Positions 11,924 to 24,342 of a DNA stretch of 64,000 bases are shown one piece after another. A program made the position numbers and the translations under genes. The DNA lies in NCBI GenBank assembly GCA_030770535.1, contig JASVEC010000019.1, positions 868,001 through 932,000 of the forward strand, in the 5' to 3' direction. Below the pieces are notes generated by a model. That model saw only the letters and a list, made by a program, of their open reading frames with translations. It made no database searches and was not told where the DNA came from. Positions within the stretch are counted from its first letter, which is position 1. Each line of letters opens with the position of its first letter. The stretch is from Batkoa obscura. Taxonomy: Eukaryota.

Positions 11924-12653
11924 AAACGTACTAATCTCAAAGCAGTTAATAATTAATAAACTATAAGAAAAAACTAACACCGAAAAAATAGTTTTAGCCA
12001 AGTATAAAAAATTATTTAATGGGGATGGGTGCTTTATAATTTAAACCATTATCTAGTAATTATAAAGTTTACCACGTAAAATTTAAAAAACAAAATTTAA
12101 TTTTCCTTTTATAGTTAATTGCTTATACATTTAAGTAAAATCATCCTCCTTTATTTTATCATTATAACGTTCTTAGCTAACATCAAAGTTAAAAACAGTA
12201 TAATCAATATTTTACTTTGTTTTATTTATTTTACAAGGATATATCATATGAAACTATTTTGAATAATAGCTATATTAATTGTATTAATTATATACTAGAC
12301 CACAAACAGATAAAAGTAAATGCCACCTTTTCCTATAGGTTGCTACAGCAGTCATTAAATCTAAAATCCAAATATTACACGGCATTAAATCAAAATCACT
12401 ACCATTTAAGCTTTATGAAATAAAAAGCTTGAACTAACTTCATTTAATGTTAATTTAAAAGTAATATTTGATACTTACTAATGCACCCAATAAATTATTA
12501 AATTTATCAAATATAACAAAACTTAAGCTTTCACGTTGCTAGCATTGAGAATGATGTCACCTTTAATTTATCAAACTCATGAAGATCAAATTTATTGTTA
12601 AAAAAGCCAATTTGGATCATATCCTTTACAAGAATAGAAAAGAGTCACTATTG

Positions 12654-12662
12654 ATGAGTCAT
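12654..12662. promoter_or_regulatory. Perfect Gcn4/CpcA-type bZIP site ATGAGTCAT
   Basis: Exact 9-mer about 245 bp upstream of the ATG at 12905; motif match only. Confidence 0.3.
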
Positions 12663-12904
12663 TTTAGTTTCAAACTTATTGCCAAAAAGAAGACTAAATT
12701 AATTTCACTTTTAAGCAACTCCAAAATCATTTCAAAAAACCAAATTCTCCTCAACTTAAATTTTACAAAATACTCTTAAACTTCGGAACATGGCAAAACA
12801 TCATTGTTGCAGGAATGAATAAATTTTTAATATTAAAATGAAGTTTTTAAGCTTTTTAATTCTTTTCTCTTAATATTTATAATCTTCAATCTTCAATCTT
12901 AATT

Positions 12905-14811
12905 ATGTCTTGGATTACTGCAACAGATGTCAAATATGAAAGGAACCGAGTCAAACCCGCAGCCAAAAGAAGGACACGAGGACCCAGACCAAGAGGTCCA
13001 AAACCTCAAGTTTGCGATTTATGCCAGTTAAGGAAAGTGAAATGTGATAAATCGTTACCAAGGTGTTCCTTGTGTGAAAGGCTCAATAGACCATGTACCT
13101 ATGATAGGAATGGGTTTGGAGGTAAGTTTTGTTTAGAAGTATTAGATGTTTATATTAAAAAAAACTAGCTATGGAAGATAATAGAAAGTATACCTCTTCT
13201 AACTCGTCATCCAACAAAGAAAGTTCAAGCCCAATGGTTATCAATGATAATAATATGTTAGTTAAAGCAAACGAAACAAAGTTTTTATGGTCTTCTATAA
13301 AGTCCCCATTTTTGGATCTTAAAAAATTTAAAATCCACTTACATGATAATGGTAGCTATACTTATTATGGGTCGAGTATGGCGGTTTACTTCTTTACTTC
13401 AGCTTCCCATTTATTACAAGATATAATTAGCAATCCGGATTACCAGTACCATCCAGTAACCTATAATAAAAATATACCAGTTGATATCACTCGTGCTTTA
13501 GTCTTTCAGTTAGTAGAGCTATATTTTGGACACCTTAACTCTTTCTTTCCGCTATTGGATCCCACCAGTTTTTATTCTAAACTAAATGGGTTAACTTATG
13601 ATGACTCTTTTCAAGCTCTACTTAGTGCCGTGTGCTTATCCGGTTCCTCATTTTATCCCAACAGGACTTTTGGACGTATCATCGGAATCTATTTTGCAAA
13701 ACAAGTGACTCATTATTTAAAAATCATATATTCAAAACCAACCATCTTAGGGATTCAAGCAAACTTATTAGCTTCTTATTACATTAGCTTATGCGAGGAT
13801 GATACTATGTTGGAGAATGGGTGGTACTATTTGGGAATTGCAAGGACCATGATTACGATGCTAGGATTGCCCAACAAACAACCTCATACAACTAAAAATC
13901 AGAAAGAATTATACATACGTCTATGGTGGATAGCTTTTAACTGTGAGTCAGTTTCATCTAATCTCTTTGGAAGGCCGTCACATTATGGTGAAATGATACC
14001 ATTGCCTAAAGCTGACTCAACAATTCCAACATTAACTTACACTAATCCTAATCTTTTTATTGTAAAGGAATTGGTAAATTTGAAGGCGGAAGATAATTCG
14101 AAATATTTTAGGGAAGTCTGCCATCATTGTTATTTAGTGGGACGATGGACTGTGTTAAAAGGTAAATTAAACTCTAAAAAAAGGAACGTTAAAATGAATT
14201 CTATGCATTCGCTAAGTGCCATACTTACTGATTTTAATGGAAATTCAATATCAGGCGAACCTTTACAGAAGATTAAGGAGTTGGAATATGATTGTAACAA
14301 ATGGTATATAAAAATGATTAACTTAAAGAGTAAGGTCCAAGTAGAAGCTTTATCATTGCCAAAACCCAATGATATATATAAAGGCTACCTATCTATCTTA
14401 CACTATTCTTTATTAATTGATTTAAATAAGCCATTTATTGAAAAAGATATGAAAGCATCATATGACCCACCAAATAAGTGTTTATATCTGAAAGAGTACT
14501 ATAAATGCAACCCATTAGAAAGATGTATTACTGCGGCATTTTTTGGGACGAGAACATTTATGAATATTGGCAAAACAGTATCAGAAATAGGGGTACCTTA
14601 TATCTGGTATAGCTCGTTGCAGTTTATCTTTATATTTATTTACATTATCAGTTCTTTTGATAAGAATCATTGGGCGGTGGGGCCAGCAAAAAGGAACGGT
14701 TATTATTTGTTTAACCAGTTTGAAGCCCATTCTGATAAATGGGTCGTTATTCGGGATGCGTTTTATATGATTAAATATGCCATTCCAAATGGCAAACAGT
14801 TTTTTATTTAG
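12905..14811 (+). CDS. Zn(II)2Cys6 transcription factor, tandem paralogue of 8783-10600; 2 exons (12905-13121, 13169-14811)
   Basis: Near-identical zinc cluster 'RGPKPQVCDLCQLRKVKCDK'. The 47-bp GTAAG...CTAG intron 13122-13168 joins the two track ORFs in frame. Confidence 0.92.
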
Positions 14812-14999
14812 TAAGCTTTGGGACGGCGAATCCTTTTTTTACTCTATTTTTTTACATTATTATAAATCGTGTTTGTTAAATAAAATTTAATCTACAAATG
14901 TTTGTCTATTTCTCACTGAATTGTTCATAAAATTATGGTGTGATTTTACAAAATAAAGATCATCAATAAAATTAGCTTTTTTTAATAATTTTGAATGAA

Positions 15000-17018
15000 A
15001 TGGATTTAATTCAAGCCATCAATGAGTATATCTTCAACATGGTAGAAGCCGTACCAGGAATGAAAATTTTATTATTGGATAAAGATACGGTAGGTTTACT
15101 AACTATAGTTAAACTTATGTTTACTCCATTGATAGACAAGCTATGTTAGTACCGTGATTACGCAATCGAATTTATTATCTAAAGAAGTCTACCTTATTGA
15201 TTTAATAGACCGAATGGATAGTGAAAAATTAGTTCATCTTAAATGTATCACATTCTTGAGACCAAACAATAAGAGTGTTTCTAATTTAACTCAAGAATTG
15301 AAAAACCCTAGGTTCTCGGAGTATCATTTAAGTAAGATTGAATCATCATTTTATGAAAAAGAATCAATTAATAATTAGATTTTAGTAATATCATAAAAAA
15401 AGCATCCTTAGAAACTTTAGCTGAAGCAGATGAAAATGAAAGTGTTAAAGTAGTTAAAGTAAGCAACATTTTGACTTTATTTAATTCCAATGTATAACTT
15501 TTTTACAGGAAGTATTTGCTGATTTTATAGCCATCAACTCTCATTTATTTTCCTTAAATATTAATACAAAAGAATACCAATTATTTAATAACTACAATTT
15601 TGACCAATTTGATAGTTCCACATTACAACGCTCAACCGAAGGTATAATCTCTGTTTTATTAACACTAAAGAAAAGGCCATTGATACGTTATGATGCTTAC
15701 TCAAAGTTGTCAAAAACATTGGCTGAAGAGGTACAAAATCAAATAGACAAAGAAAACCAACTATTTCGATTCCCTGCAGAAGATTCACCACCATTATTAT
15801 TAATTTTAGACCGTAAAAGTGATCCAATAACCCCGCTTTTAATGCAATGGACTTATCAAGCCATGATTCACGAACTTTTGACAATCAACAATGGTCGAGT
15901 AGACATGAGTTCTACCCCAGATATATCAAAAGATCTAAAAGAAATTGTATTAAACATTCAACAGGACCCGTTTTATAACTCAAACTTATACATGAATTTC
16001 GGGGATTTGGGAGCGAACATTAAAAAATACGTAGATGAGTATCAAGTAAAAACAAAGAATCAATCCAAAATCGAAAGTATTGCGGACATGAAAAGGTTTG
16101 TGGAAGAATATCCAGAATTTAGAAAATTGGCAGGAAATGTGTCAAAGCATGTGGCTTTAGTATCTGAATTATCAAGGTTAGTGGGTATTTTTAAACTTTT
16201 GGAAGTTTCAGAGTTAGAACAATCTTTGGCCTGTAATGATCAACATAATGTGGATTTTAAGGTACAGGAATTAATACCCCCTAATTTACTTCCAGGCTTA
16301 ACGTTTACATTTAGAATATTATTAAGCTTATCCAGGACAAAAAAATTGGTGACTCATATAAACTTAAGTTGGCCATATTGTATTGTTTAAGATATGAGAA
16401 ATCACCTTCACTTAATGCTCAACAGTTATTTGCTGAAATGAAAAGTAATGGTGTCTCGGATGCTAACTTGAAGGTAAATAGTTTATTAAATCTACTAATA
16501 AATCCTAATAGAAAATAGGTCATTGATAAAGTGATGGAATATGGGGGCTATGATCAACGTCAAAACGATCTATATGGAGATTCCAATTTGTTTTCTAAGG
16601 GGAGAAATGTAATTAAAGGATTAAAGGTAAATTAGTCTCACTACTATTATCATAGATAGCCATTTATATTTATACTCGTATTAGGGAGTTGAAAACGTGT
16701 ATACTCAACATGTGCCATTATTATACCATCAATTAGAAGATTTAGTCAAAGGCAAATTAAAAGAAGCTCAGTTTCCATTTATTAAACAGAGTAGTAAATT
16801 GATGTAAGTAAATTTGAAGCATATAGATATTTTACTTAATAATGACTTTTAGACCTCAAGATGTTATAATTTATCAAGTTGGAGGCACCACGTATCAAGA
16901 AGCTCATTTTGTAAGTCAATTTAATCAACAAAATCCTGGATTCAGAGTGGTGCTTGGTGGATCAGATATTATTAATTCGGAAATGTTTTTGAAAATGATT
17001 TATGGAGATAAAATTTAA
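15000..17018 (+). CDS. VPS45: Sec1/Munc18-family vacuolar protein sorting protein 45, multi-exon
   Basis: 'GMKILLLDKDT', 'TQSNLLSKEVYL', 'LLILDRKSDPITPLLMQWTYQAMIHELL', 'DMKRFVEEYPEFRKLAGNVSKHV', 'GVENVYTQH', 'VGGTTYQEA'. Confidence 0.93.
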
Positions 17019-17529
17019 AGGGGTTAGTTTTTTGTTTTGTATTCTTAGCTTTATAATACGAACTTGTTATTCTATTTATAATCTAAGCTACAAAAGTCAA
17101 GATAATTTTAAAGTCAATTGTTTTATATAAAAAATAGCATATTTGTTTAATATTTAATTATAGTTTAATATTTAATTATAGTTTTAGTAGAAAAACGGAG
17201 TTTGTGTATTGTTTATAATTTTAAATTTGAATACAGTATAAGAAATAATCATATTTGTTTAATTTGTAAAACTAAGCTTTATTAAAATAATTTGATATAA
17301 AATAATAGTTTTTATAATATACCAGTCCCTATATTTTGATTCTTTATTTCTTATTTTTATAATATATTAACATTATAAATCGTAACAATAAACTTATAAG
17401 TTTGTTAGAATAAACACTGTTTATAGCTTGAAAACCCCCTTGCTTAGAGTGTGGCTAATTTGTTTTAATTTATTTTTGTCTTTTAACTCACGATAATATT
17501 TTTAACTATATCTTTTGGCCTTATATAAA

Positions 17530-18881
17530 ACGGCAAAATAATTCGACTATTTACCTGATATAATATTAGAAGAAATATTCAACCTACTAAGTTTAGATGA
17601 ATTAATGAGTCTATGCTTTTTAAATAACTGTTTATACTATAGTAAAACTAAGTTTGAGAAATTTCAGGATTTGATTGATGAAAATGGATCCTTGATGAGC
17701 CATATGAATGTAGAGGATAAGCAAAAGCCCTATATAAGTCTAAATTCAGAAGAATACTATGATCCAGACATAAAAGAAGAGTATTCTAATTCGGATGAAT
17801 ATGAAACTATGTATAAAAGTGAAAATTCAGATGATGAAAATATAGATGATGAAAGTAAAGTTAAACTAATACAAATAGAGTCTCATTGTTTAAACATCAT
17901 GTCTATATGCTGTACAACTCATGATATTAACAAGATCATTGTTCATAACTCGTTATCAAAACTAAAAAAGATGCCAATAACTTGTCTTAAACCTAACTAA
18001 CCATTAAAAAAGATATTAAGTGTATTTAAAACCCATTTAAGTCAAATTGAAGTACTTGAAGTCAAAGTGGGTATAAGCATTAAAGACACTATTAAATATT
18101 TAAATCCCGATAAGCTTAATTCATCTAAAATACCTTCTTATTGTATGATAGATCTTAATGGATTAGACATTATAAAACTGAGCTTCAATATCCTAGAAGT
18201 ATTACACTTGGTAGCAAAGTCAACCATTTTTGTAGCCATTAAACTCGCCCCTAGCCTAAATTCTATTTCTATTTTAAATTGTTAATTGACGGACATTTCA
18301 AGAATGATCTTGATACTGATTCTTTTGGAGACCTGGCAAAATTCAAAAGTATATGATTAAAAAATTTATCAAAAATAATAATAAAGAAAATGAGATAAAA
18401 TTGTTGGAAGGTAATGATATCCGAATTTTAGGACACTTTGAATCAAGTTTTGTTTTCAGTCTAATTTCATAAATTTTTCTACTTTAAAAGAAACCTATAT
18501 TGAAAATTTATCGAAAGAGTTATTAAGGTCAGTTCATAAAGTACCAACTATTCAATCTATATGCTGTGACTATTTGATAGTAAAAATAAAAGTAATTCCT
18601 AAAAGGAATGGACTTTACTACGATATAGTTATGTAAAGCGATTCCAAGTCAGATGTTTACTTAAATCAAAAGATGACTTCTTGTGTATCTTGTTTTTGTT
18701 CCCAAACCTTGAAGTTTTTAAAAGTGGGTATTTCAGTTTTCACTCTGACACAAGCATTCAGATTGAATACCAACTTAGACCATCGTTATTATTGATTGAA
18801 CCCATCAAGGGCGGTATATATGAAGAAATAGGCGATGATAACCCAGAGAATATTCCAGTATTGAACTGGATGAAGTTATAG
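17530..18881 (+). pseudogene. F-box/LRR-like pseudogene
   Basis: F-box motif 'FDYLPDIILEEIFNLLSLDELMSLCFL' from 17542. Start codon reads ACG, codon 4 is TAA, and there are further stops and frameshifts. Confidence 0.7.
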
Positions 18882-19301
18882 TAAACTAACTATTAATCGA
18901 CTATATTTTTAATATACTGCGATAATAAATACTAAATAAGCTTCATGAGTCTACAGTTAGACTATTTTATTTATCAACTGGGGATTTAACATTGTCTGTT
19001 TAAAATATGTGCATTACCAATGTATTAACATACTTTGACTAATACCACCACTTTGAAGAGAAATTTTGGGATTTATGATATTATATTAATTTTGCTATTT
19101 TTCAACTATAATCTATACTTTAATATAACATATTAATAATAGATAGTAATAATTTATTGAAAAAAATTACAAAGAAACATGAAGCCAGGGTTTTAAATTT
19201 TGTTCCTCATAGTGCAAGATAAGAATTATAAGATGACAGAGTTATAGTATATAAAAAATAAAATAGTAAATACTATTATTATCAAAATACAAAAAAACAA
19301 A

Positions 19302-19632
19302 ATGAAATTCAGTCTTATTCTTTTACTTGCTACCATTGCCCCAATCCTTGGTTTTGGTTTATTTCACAAAAAATAGTATACATAATATGAAAACAAGTCC
19401 TATTATGACCATGGGGCTGGTGACCGATTCCAAAACTTTAGAAACTTTAGAAACTTTAGAAACTTTGTTGAGCGCTTAGATGGAATTTGACGTAAAGAAC
19501 ACGTAATTTATAATAGTGTAAATAATTGGATTTTATACTTGTGTTCAAAAACAATATATCCATCTTCGATGTAGGCTAAAAGCCCATTGTTAATAGCGGG
19601 CTTAAGGTAAAGTACTATGTAATTGTCCTTAA
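19302..19632 (+). pseudogene. Secreted Cys-rich peptide pseudogene, paralogue of 40876-41262
   Basis: Signal peptide MKFSLILLLATIAPILG; C-terminal 'FYTCVQKQYIHLRCRLKAHC**RA*GKVLCNCP*' aligns with the paralogue; many stops; (AAACTTTAG)n repeat. Confidence 0.65.
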
Positions 19633-20655
19633 CGTCGAGTGACTTAATGTATTAAACATAAGTACCGTATTTTTTTTAAACATCTAGTCAAAATTGCATT
19701 TAATTTAAGTTATAGTATTTTTTAGCATTATGTTATAAGCTGAAAGTATAAGTTTATCTTATACCTATAAATTTGATTAAATTCCATTAAATTCAAGTTC
19801 CAACTCAAAATAGGTTTAAATCAAAGAAAAAATGATTACTTCCTATTTCATCTGTTGATTGAAAATATATTGGAATAAACCCTTTAACATTTCTTTCAAT
19901 GGGAGAGATATTACAACTATACCTTATATAATCTTAACATTACAATATAGTTCACTTGTTTAAATGTTTTTTTAAATTAAGAATAATCTGTGATATTTTA
20001 CTTCAGTAGCAAAAGGAGTAAAAGGCTAAAGTTGTCCAAAGCAAGGTAACGTAAGGTAATCTAAGATAAGGATCCTTAAATTTAACCAGAACTGATAAGA
20101 ATATGGGTGATAGTAGATGCAAGAGGACCAAATTATAAAATTTATGAGTTTTTTTTGGGAAAGTATAAATATTTTAATTCAAACCATTAATAAATTGAAA
20201 TACAGTTTTTTTAAAAGTGAGTTAATTTTCAAGAAAAAAATAGTTTGATATAATAAATTTTGTTTAAGATATGGGATTTTGATTTATTTAAAAAACCATT
20301 GATTCTTTTCAATAATATATTATCACACAAAGCAGAAATAGCTATTAACTATATAAAACAAACAGTAAAAAACATAGGTTTTAAATAAACAAACCTAAGT
20401 AATTAACTAAAGATAAAGCTGCAATCCAATTCAGTTTTTTGATTATATATAAGAAATTGAAATTTCACTTTTTTAAATCCTACATTTACATAACCTTGTA
20501 TCTTAAATTTAATATATTTTAAGCTTTCTTATAAATTATTTATTATTTAAAATGACACTCTAATTCGATTGTTTATCTAATATCTTATTAGAAGAGATAT
20601 TTGAATTACTAGATCCATATGGATTAATTGGGCTTTGTTTTTTAAATAAATATTT

Positions 20656-20750
20656 GGGGATGTATTTTTTTAAGAATTTTACTAACAAACTTTCCGCTCA
20701 AATAGCGCTTAAAAAATGAAAAAAGTAATGAAATCAAAAAGAACATCCCC
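20656..20750 (+). mobile_element. MITE family A copy
   Basis: GGGGATGT...ACATCCCC with ATTT duplicated on both sides. Confidence 0.92.
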
Positions 20751-20958
20751 ATTTATTCAAGACTATTAACAGAGTTATCCAACGAAATATAACTTATTTA
20801 TGCTATACCGGTTCCTTTAGTAGTGAATTTTGACAAGAATTTATTACAGAAAATCAACTACTGATGAAGCATTTATATGTGAGGAAAAATATCCACAATC
20901 AGAAATTTGTTCTGATTCTAATTTAGATGAAGATGGAAGAGCTCAAGTATAAGTGTAT

Positions 20959-21055
20959 GTGGATGTATTTTTTTGTTTAAGAATTTTACTACAATTTTTC
21001 CACTCAAATAGTGCTTAAAAAATGGAAAGATAATGAAACTAAAAAAAACAGCCCC
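20959..21055 (+). mobile_element. MITE family A copy
   Basis: GTGGATGT...ACAGCCCC with GTAT duplicated. Confidence 0.9.
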
Positions 21056-22767
21056 GTATATTATTATAGAATCATGTATGAAAATAAAACCGATTTATCA
21101 GGTTGTTATGCTAATATTGTATCTATAAACTATATTAGTTACAAGGATGTTAATGATAGCTTTGAACACAAATGATCAATTAAAACACTTAAAGTTGAGG
21201 CAGATAATGTAACTATTAACAAATGTAAAATCTGGTGCTCAGGGTTTGGAGTCAAGAACAGCTATTGCTGGGTTGACTACACTATAAGTCGAAAGGTCTT
21301 GGTTTATGTGACTAAGATAGACTTGGATTATGAGAAATAGCACGTAATAGGTTACAAGCTATATAAGACAAATAGAATAGACAATACTAATGTGAAATCT
21401 ATGTAAAATCTACGTAAAATACTATTAAGAAAACTTAGTGGCTTTATTAAATGTTCGAGATATCAGGGATTAATTCAGCTAAAAAGCCTCGAACTACTAT
21501 ACTCTGTAAACTCTTTTATACTCTAAAAAGTATAAATATCAAAATGAGAAGATAATATTCTTTTGGATGGAACTAGAAATTCTCATAACAAATCAAAATA
21601 AGAACATGGGATTGATTTCTTTTGAACTCGAGAACACAACAGCTTAGGGGATTGTTATGTTATAATTAACCATGGGACTGACAAAGCGATATTTCACAGT
21701 TATTACTCCTAATGAATTTTATAGTATAGCTAATATGTTTCTTTGTCTTTATCTCGAGACTTTGAAGTTAAAGTTCATAAAAATTTCGGCTTGATATAAG
21801 AATACAGGTTGAATACTAACTTACTACTCTTTTATTGCCTATTGCTCCTATCCCAGAAGATATAAAGATAAAGATAAATATTGATAATTTATTAGAAAGT
21901 ATTCCAATGCTGAGTTAAATGAAGTTAGAATAAATTACTTACCAATTCATTAATCTTTTAATCTATTACAACTGAAAATAAGTTAATACTATGGATTTAA
22001 CCTATGAACTACTTTATTTATTATAGCTTTGGTGGATTTTTTAATACATTAATTATTTTTTGCTATTCTTAATAAATTTAATATCTTTAGATTAAATTTC
22101 AATTTCTTTTTAATAAAGGATTTATATATATATATATTAAATATAAATTAAATCGATTTATTTATTAAAGTTATTTTTTATCAAAAATCATTGTTTAAAA
22201 ATTTTCTAACCTTTTAATATTCTGCTAGTTTAAATACCTAGGATACTGAGCCTATTTCCTGCTACTTTTGTTATAACTTTTTCAGCTATTGATTTTAAAT
22301 ATTTTTTAAACTTAAAACTTTATTTTCATTTGTTTTTGATCTAATTTTTCATTATCGTTATTTTTCATTATTATCAGTGTTGTTTTTGTTTTTATTACAG
22401 CTTGCCATATTACAAGGAGTTTTAAATCCCCCACCACCATCTTAAAAACCTTGAAGTTTTTTATTGTTCTTTGCAAAATGTTTATTATTAATAAACTTGC
22501 TTTCTTAGTTTGATATAAAAAGCATTAGTTTTTTAATTGCCTATTAAATTTATATTAACTTTCAACTTTTCATTACTCAAATAGTTCATTCTTCAAATAC
22601 ATTCCTTTTGCAGAAATCTTGGCCTTTTTCCTTTTACTTTTTTTAACCACTAATTTATAATAAATACTATAGGTTCTAATCTAATTCAAAATACCTAAGG
22701 GGCAAGTATTAACTATTTGAGGTATATTAATAAATTTTGAGTAATGATATCAGTAAATCGATAAGAT

Positions 22768-22840
22768 GGGGGACTAGCTCAGATGGTAGAGCGCTCGCTT
22801 AGCATGCGAGAGGCACCGGGATCGATTCCCGGGTTCTCCA
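22768..22840 (+). tRNA. tRNA-Ala(AGC)
   Basis: 73-nt cloverleaf: acceptor GGGGGAC/GTTCTCC, D arm GCTC/GAGC, anticodon arm CTCGC-TTAGCAT-GCGAG, T arm CCGGG/CCCGG; T6 terminator at 22857-22862. Confidence 0.96.
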
Positions 22841-22858
22841 TAAAACGAGATTATTATT

Positions 22859-22905
22859 TTTTGATACTGATGAGTAGAAATACAAATACCCTCTAGAGAT
22901 CAAAA
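22859..22905 (+). other. Degenerate type I hammerhead-ribozyme-like motif
   Basis: TTTTGAT-A-CTGATGA-GTA(GAAA)TAC-AAAT-ACC-CTCTAGAG-ATCAAAA; the G of the core GAAA and the cleavage triplet are missing. Confidence 0.3.
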
Positions 22906-22915
22906 GTAAATATTT

Positions 22916-23014
22916 GGGGATGTGTTTTTATATTTAAGAATTTTACTAACAAATTTTCCGCTTAAATAGTGCTTAAAAGATGTAAAAGTAATGAAGTCAA
23001 AAAAAATACCTCCC
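22916..23014 (+). mobile_element. MITE family A copy
   Basis: GGGGATGT...ACCTCCC with ATTT duplicated. Confidence 0.9.
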
Positions 23015-23187
23015 ATTTGTTGGTTGCTATCTTTTATCAAAATATATTCTTAATAAATTAGTTTATTTAAACCAGATAAATGAAGGTTTTGCCATTTTTA
23101 TTATAGATAATAAAAACTTAGATTATATAATAAAATGAATAACAATATTTGATAAAATATAATTTAATTTTATATTTTGAGTTCAAC

Positions 23188-24342
23188 TTAATGTTGATTC
23201 AAACTAGCATTTTTATTTTTTCTAATATAAAAAAAATAAATTATAGATAATAATATAAAAAACAGCCCAGTGGCAAGACCAGTGACACCTCCTAACATAG
23301 CACCATACTTACCTGGATCTCTAAAGATATATGTTTGATTTAGATTTATATTGGAATGAGTTACTTTATTCATATTATATAAATCAATTACTTGAATTTG
23401 ATTGATTATATTGCCAATTTCATCAGTACCAGATGTGTAGATGAGATAATTATTAAAGGTTAATAAACAGGGATTTTCAAATGAAATAAGATTGTTAATG
23501 GGTATGGGCTCCGATACTAATGTACCTTTACTTAATCTAAGTAAATAAATTACAGACTCTTTTTGTTTACCACCAAGTAAATAGAGATTAGTTGAATCTG
23601 ATAATAAAGAAGGATTAAGTATATCGATATCTTTGAAATCAGTTATTAATTCGTATTGTGGTTTATCAATAGACTTAATAATTGCTTTTGAATATCCTAC
23701 TTGTTTTCCATTCATATCATATCCTCCTAAACTCATAATTAAACCTTGATTCTTAATATAAACTAATTTGCTATCAAATGGAAAGTCTACTTCATCTGTT
23801 TTATTACTAAATTTCAATGCAGTTAAATCAAATATAAATAATTTCTTGTTTTTAACTTGTTTTTTGTTTTTTGTTATTGATTTCCCACCAAATATATAAA
23901 CACAATTTTTATTATCATCTTTTATTAACTGTAATCCTTCTAATTCATTAATATCATTATTATTAAATAATTTTTTAAATTCTTCTGATTGTTCTCTCAT
24001 TAATTTCCATTCTAATGTATTAATATCTAATGCTAATAGTTGTAATTTTTTACCGCTAAAAAATAATACTTTACTTTCTTCAGCTAAGGTAACGAATCCT
24101 CCATCATAATCCATAGGTGATGATATAGTCGGTTTATAATCCCATTTGATATTAATTGAAGTTAAATTTACATCTTGAGTTAAATCACTCATTAATATTT
24201 TACTAAATGCTGCTGATTTTCTTGAATTCGTTGAGACACTACCCCCAATGAGGTAGGCTTTACCAGATATTAGATCGCAATGAAAACTGTTTTTGGAGAA
24301 AATAAAAGGAAGAAAGAAATAGATTAGAGTTACTATTAACAT
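23188..24342 (-). CDS. Type I membrane kelch-type beta-propeller protein
   Basis: Signal peptide; 'YLIGG', 'VYIFGG', 'SLGG' and 'YLLGG' blades; C-terminal TM helix followed by RKNK. Confidence 0.78.
   Translation of the reverse strand: MLIVTLIYFFLPFIFSKNSFHCDLISGKAYLIGGSVSTNSRKSAAFSKILMSDLTQDVNLTSINIKWDYKPTISSPMDYDGGFVTLAEESKVLFFSGKKLQLLALDINTLEWKLMREQSEEFKKLFNNNDINELEGLQLIKDDNKNCVYIFGGKSITKNKKQVKNKKLFIFDLTALKFSNKTDEVDFPFDSKLVYIKNQGLIMSLGGYDMNGKQVGYSKAIIKSIDKPQYELITDFKDIDILNPSLLSDSTNLYLLGGKQKESVIYLLRLSKGTLVSEPIPINNLISFENPCLLTFNNYLIYTSGTDEIGNIINQIQVIDLYNMNKVTHSNINLNQTYIFRDPGKYGAMLGGVTGLATGLFFILLSIIYFFYIRKNKNASLNQH

Larger units (their letters stand above)
20552..21920 (+). pseudogene. F-box/LRR-like pseudogene carrying two MITE insertions (3' end approximate)
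   Basis: 'FDCLSNILLEEIFELLD..GLIGLCFLNKYLFKTINRVI...LLMKHL' after MITE removal; homologous to the 41845 and 17530 copies. Confidence 0.65.

Noticed and set aside
12021..12149. GGGGATGG...TCATCCTCC as another MITE A copy
   Set aside because: The interior does not match the family and there is no clear TSD.
22250..22660. Possible decayed coding or transposase sequence on the minus strand
   Set aside because: Multiple stops and no motif I could assign.
22816..22832. T-loop reading GATCGA instead of GTTCGA in both tRNAs
   Set aside because: A54 is a known feature of many eukaryotic tRNA-Ala(AGC); not a sign of a pseudogene or novelty.
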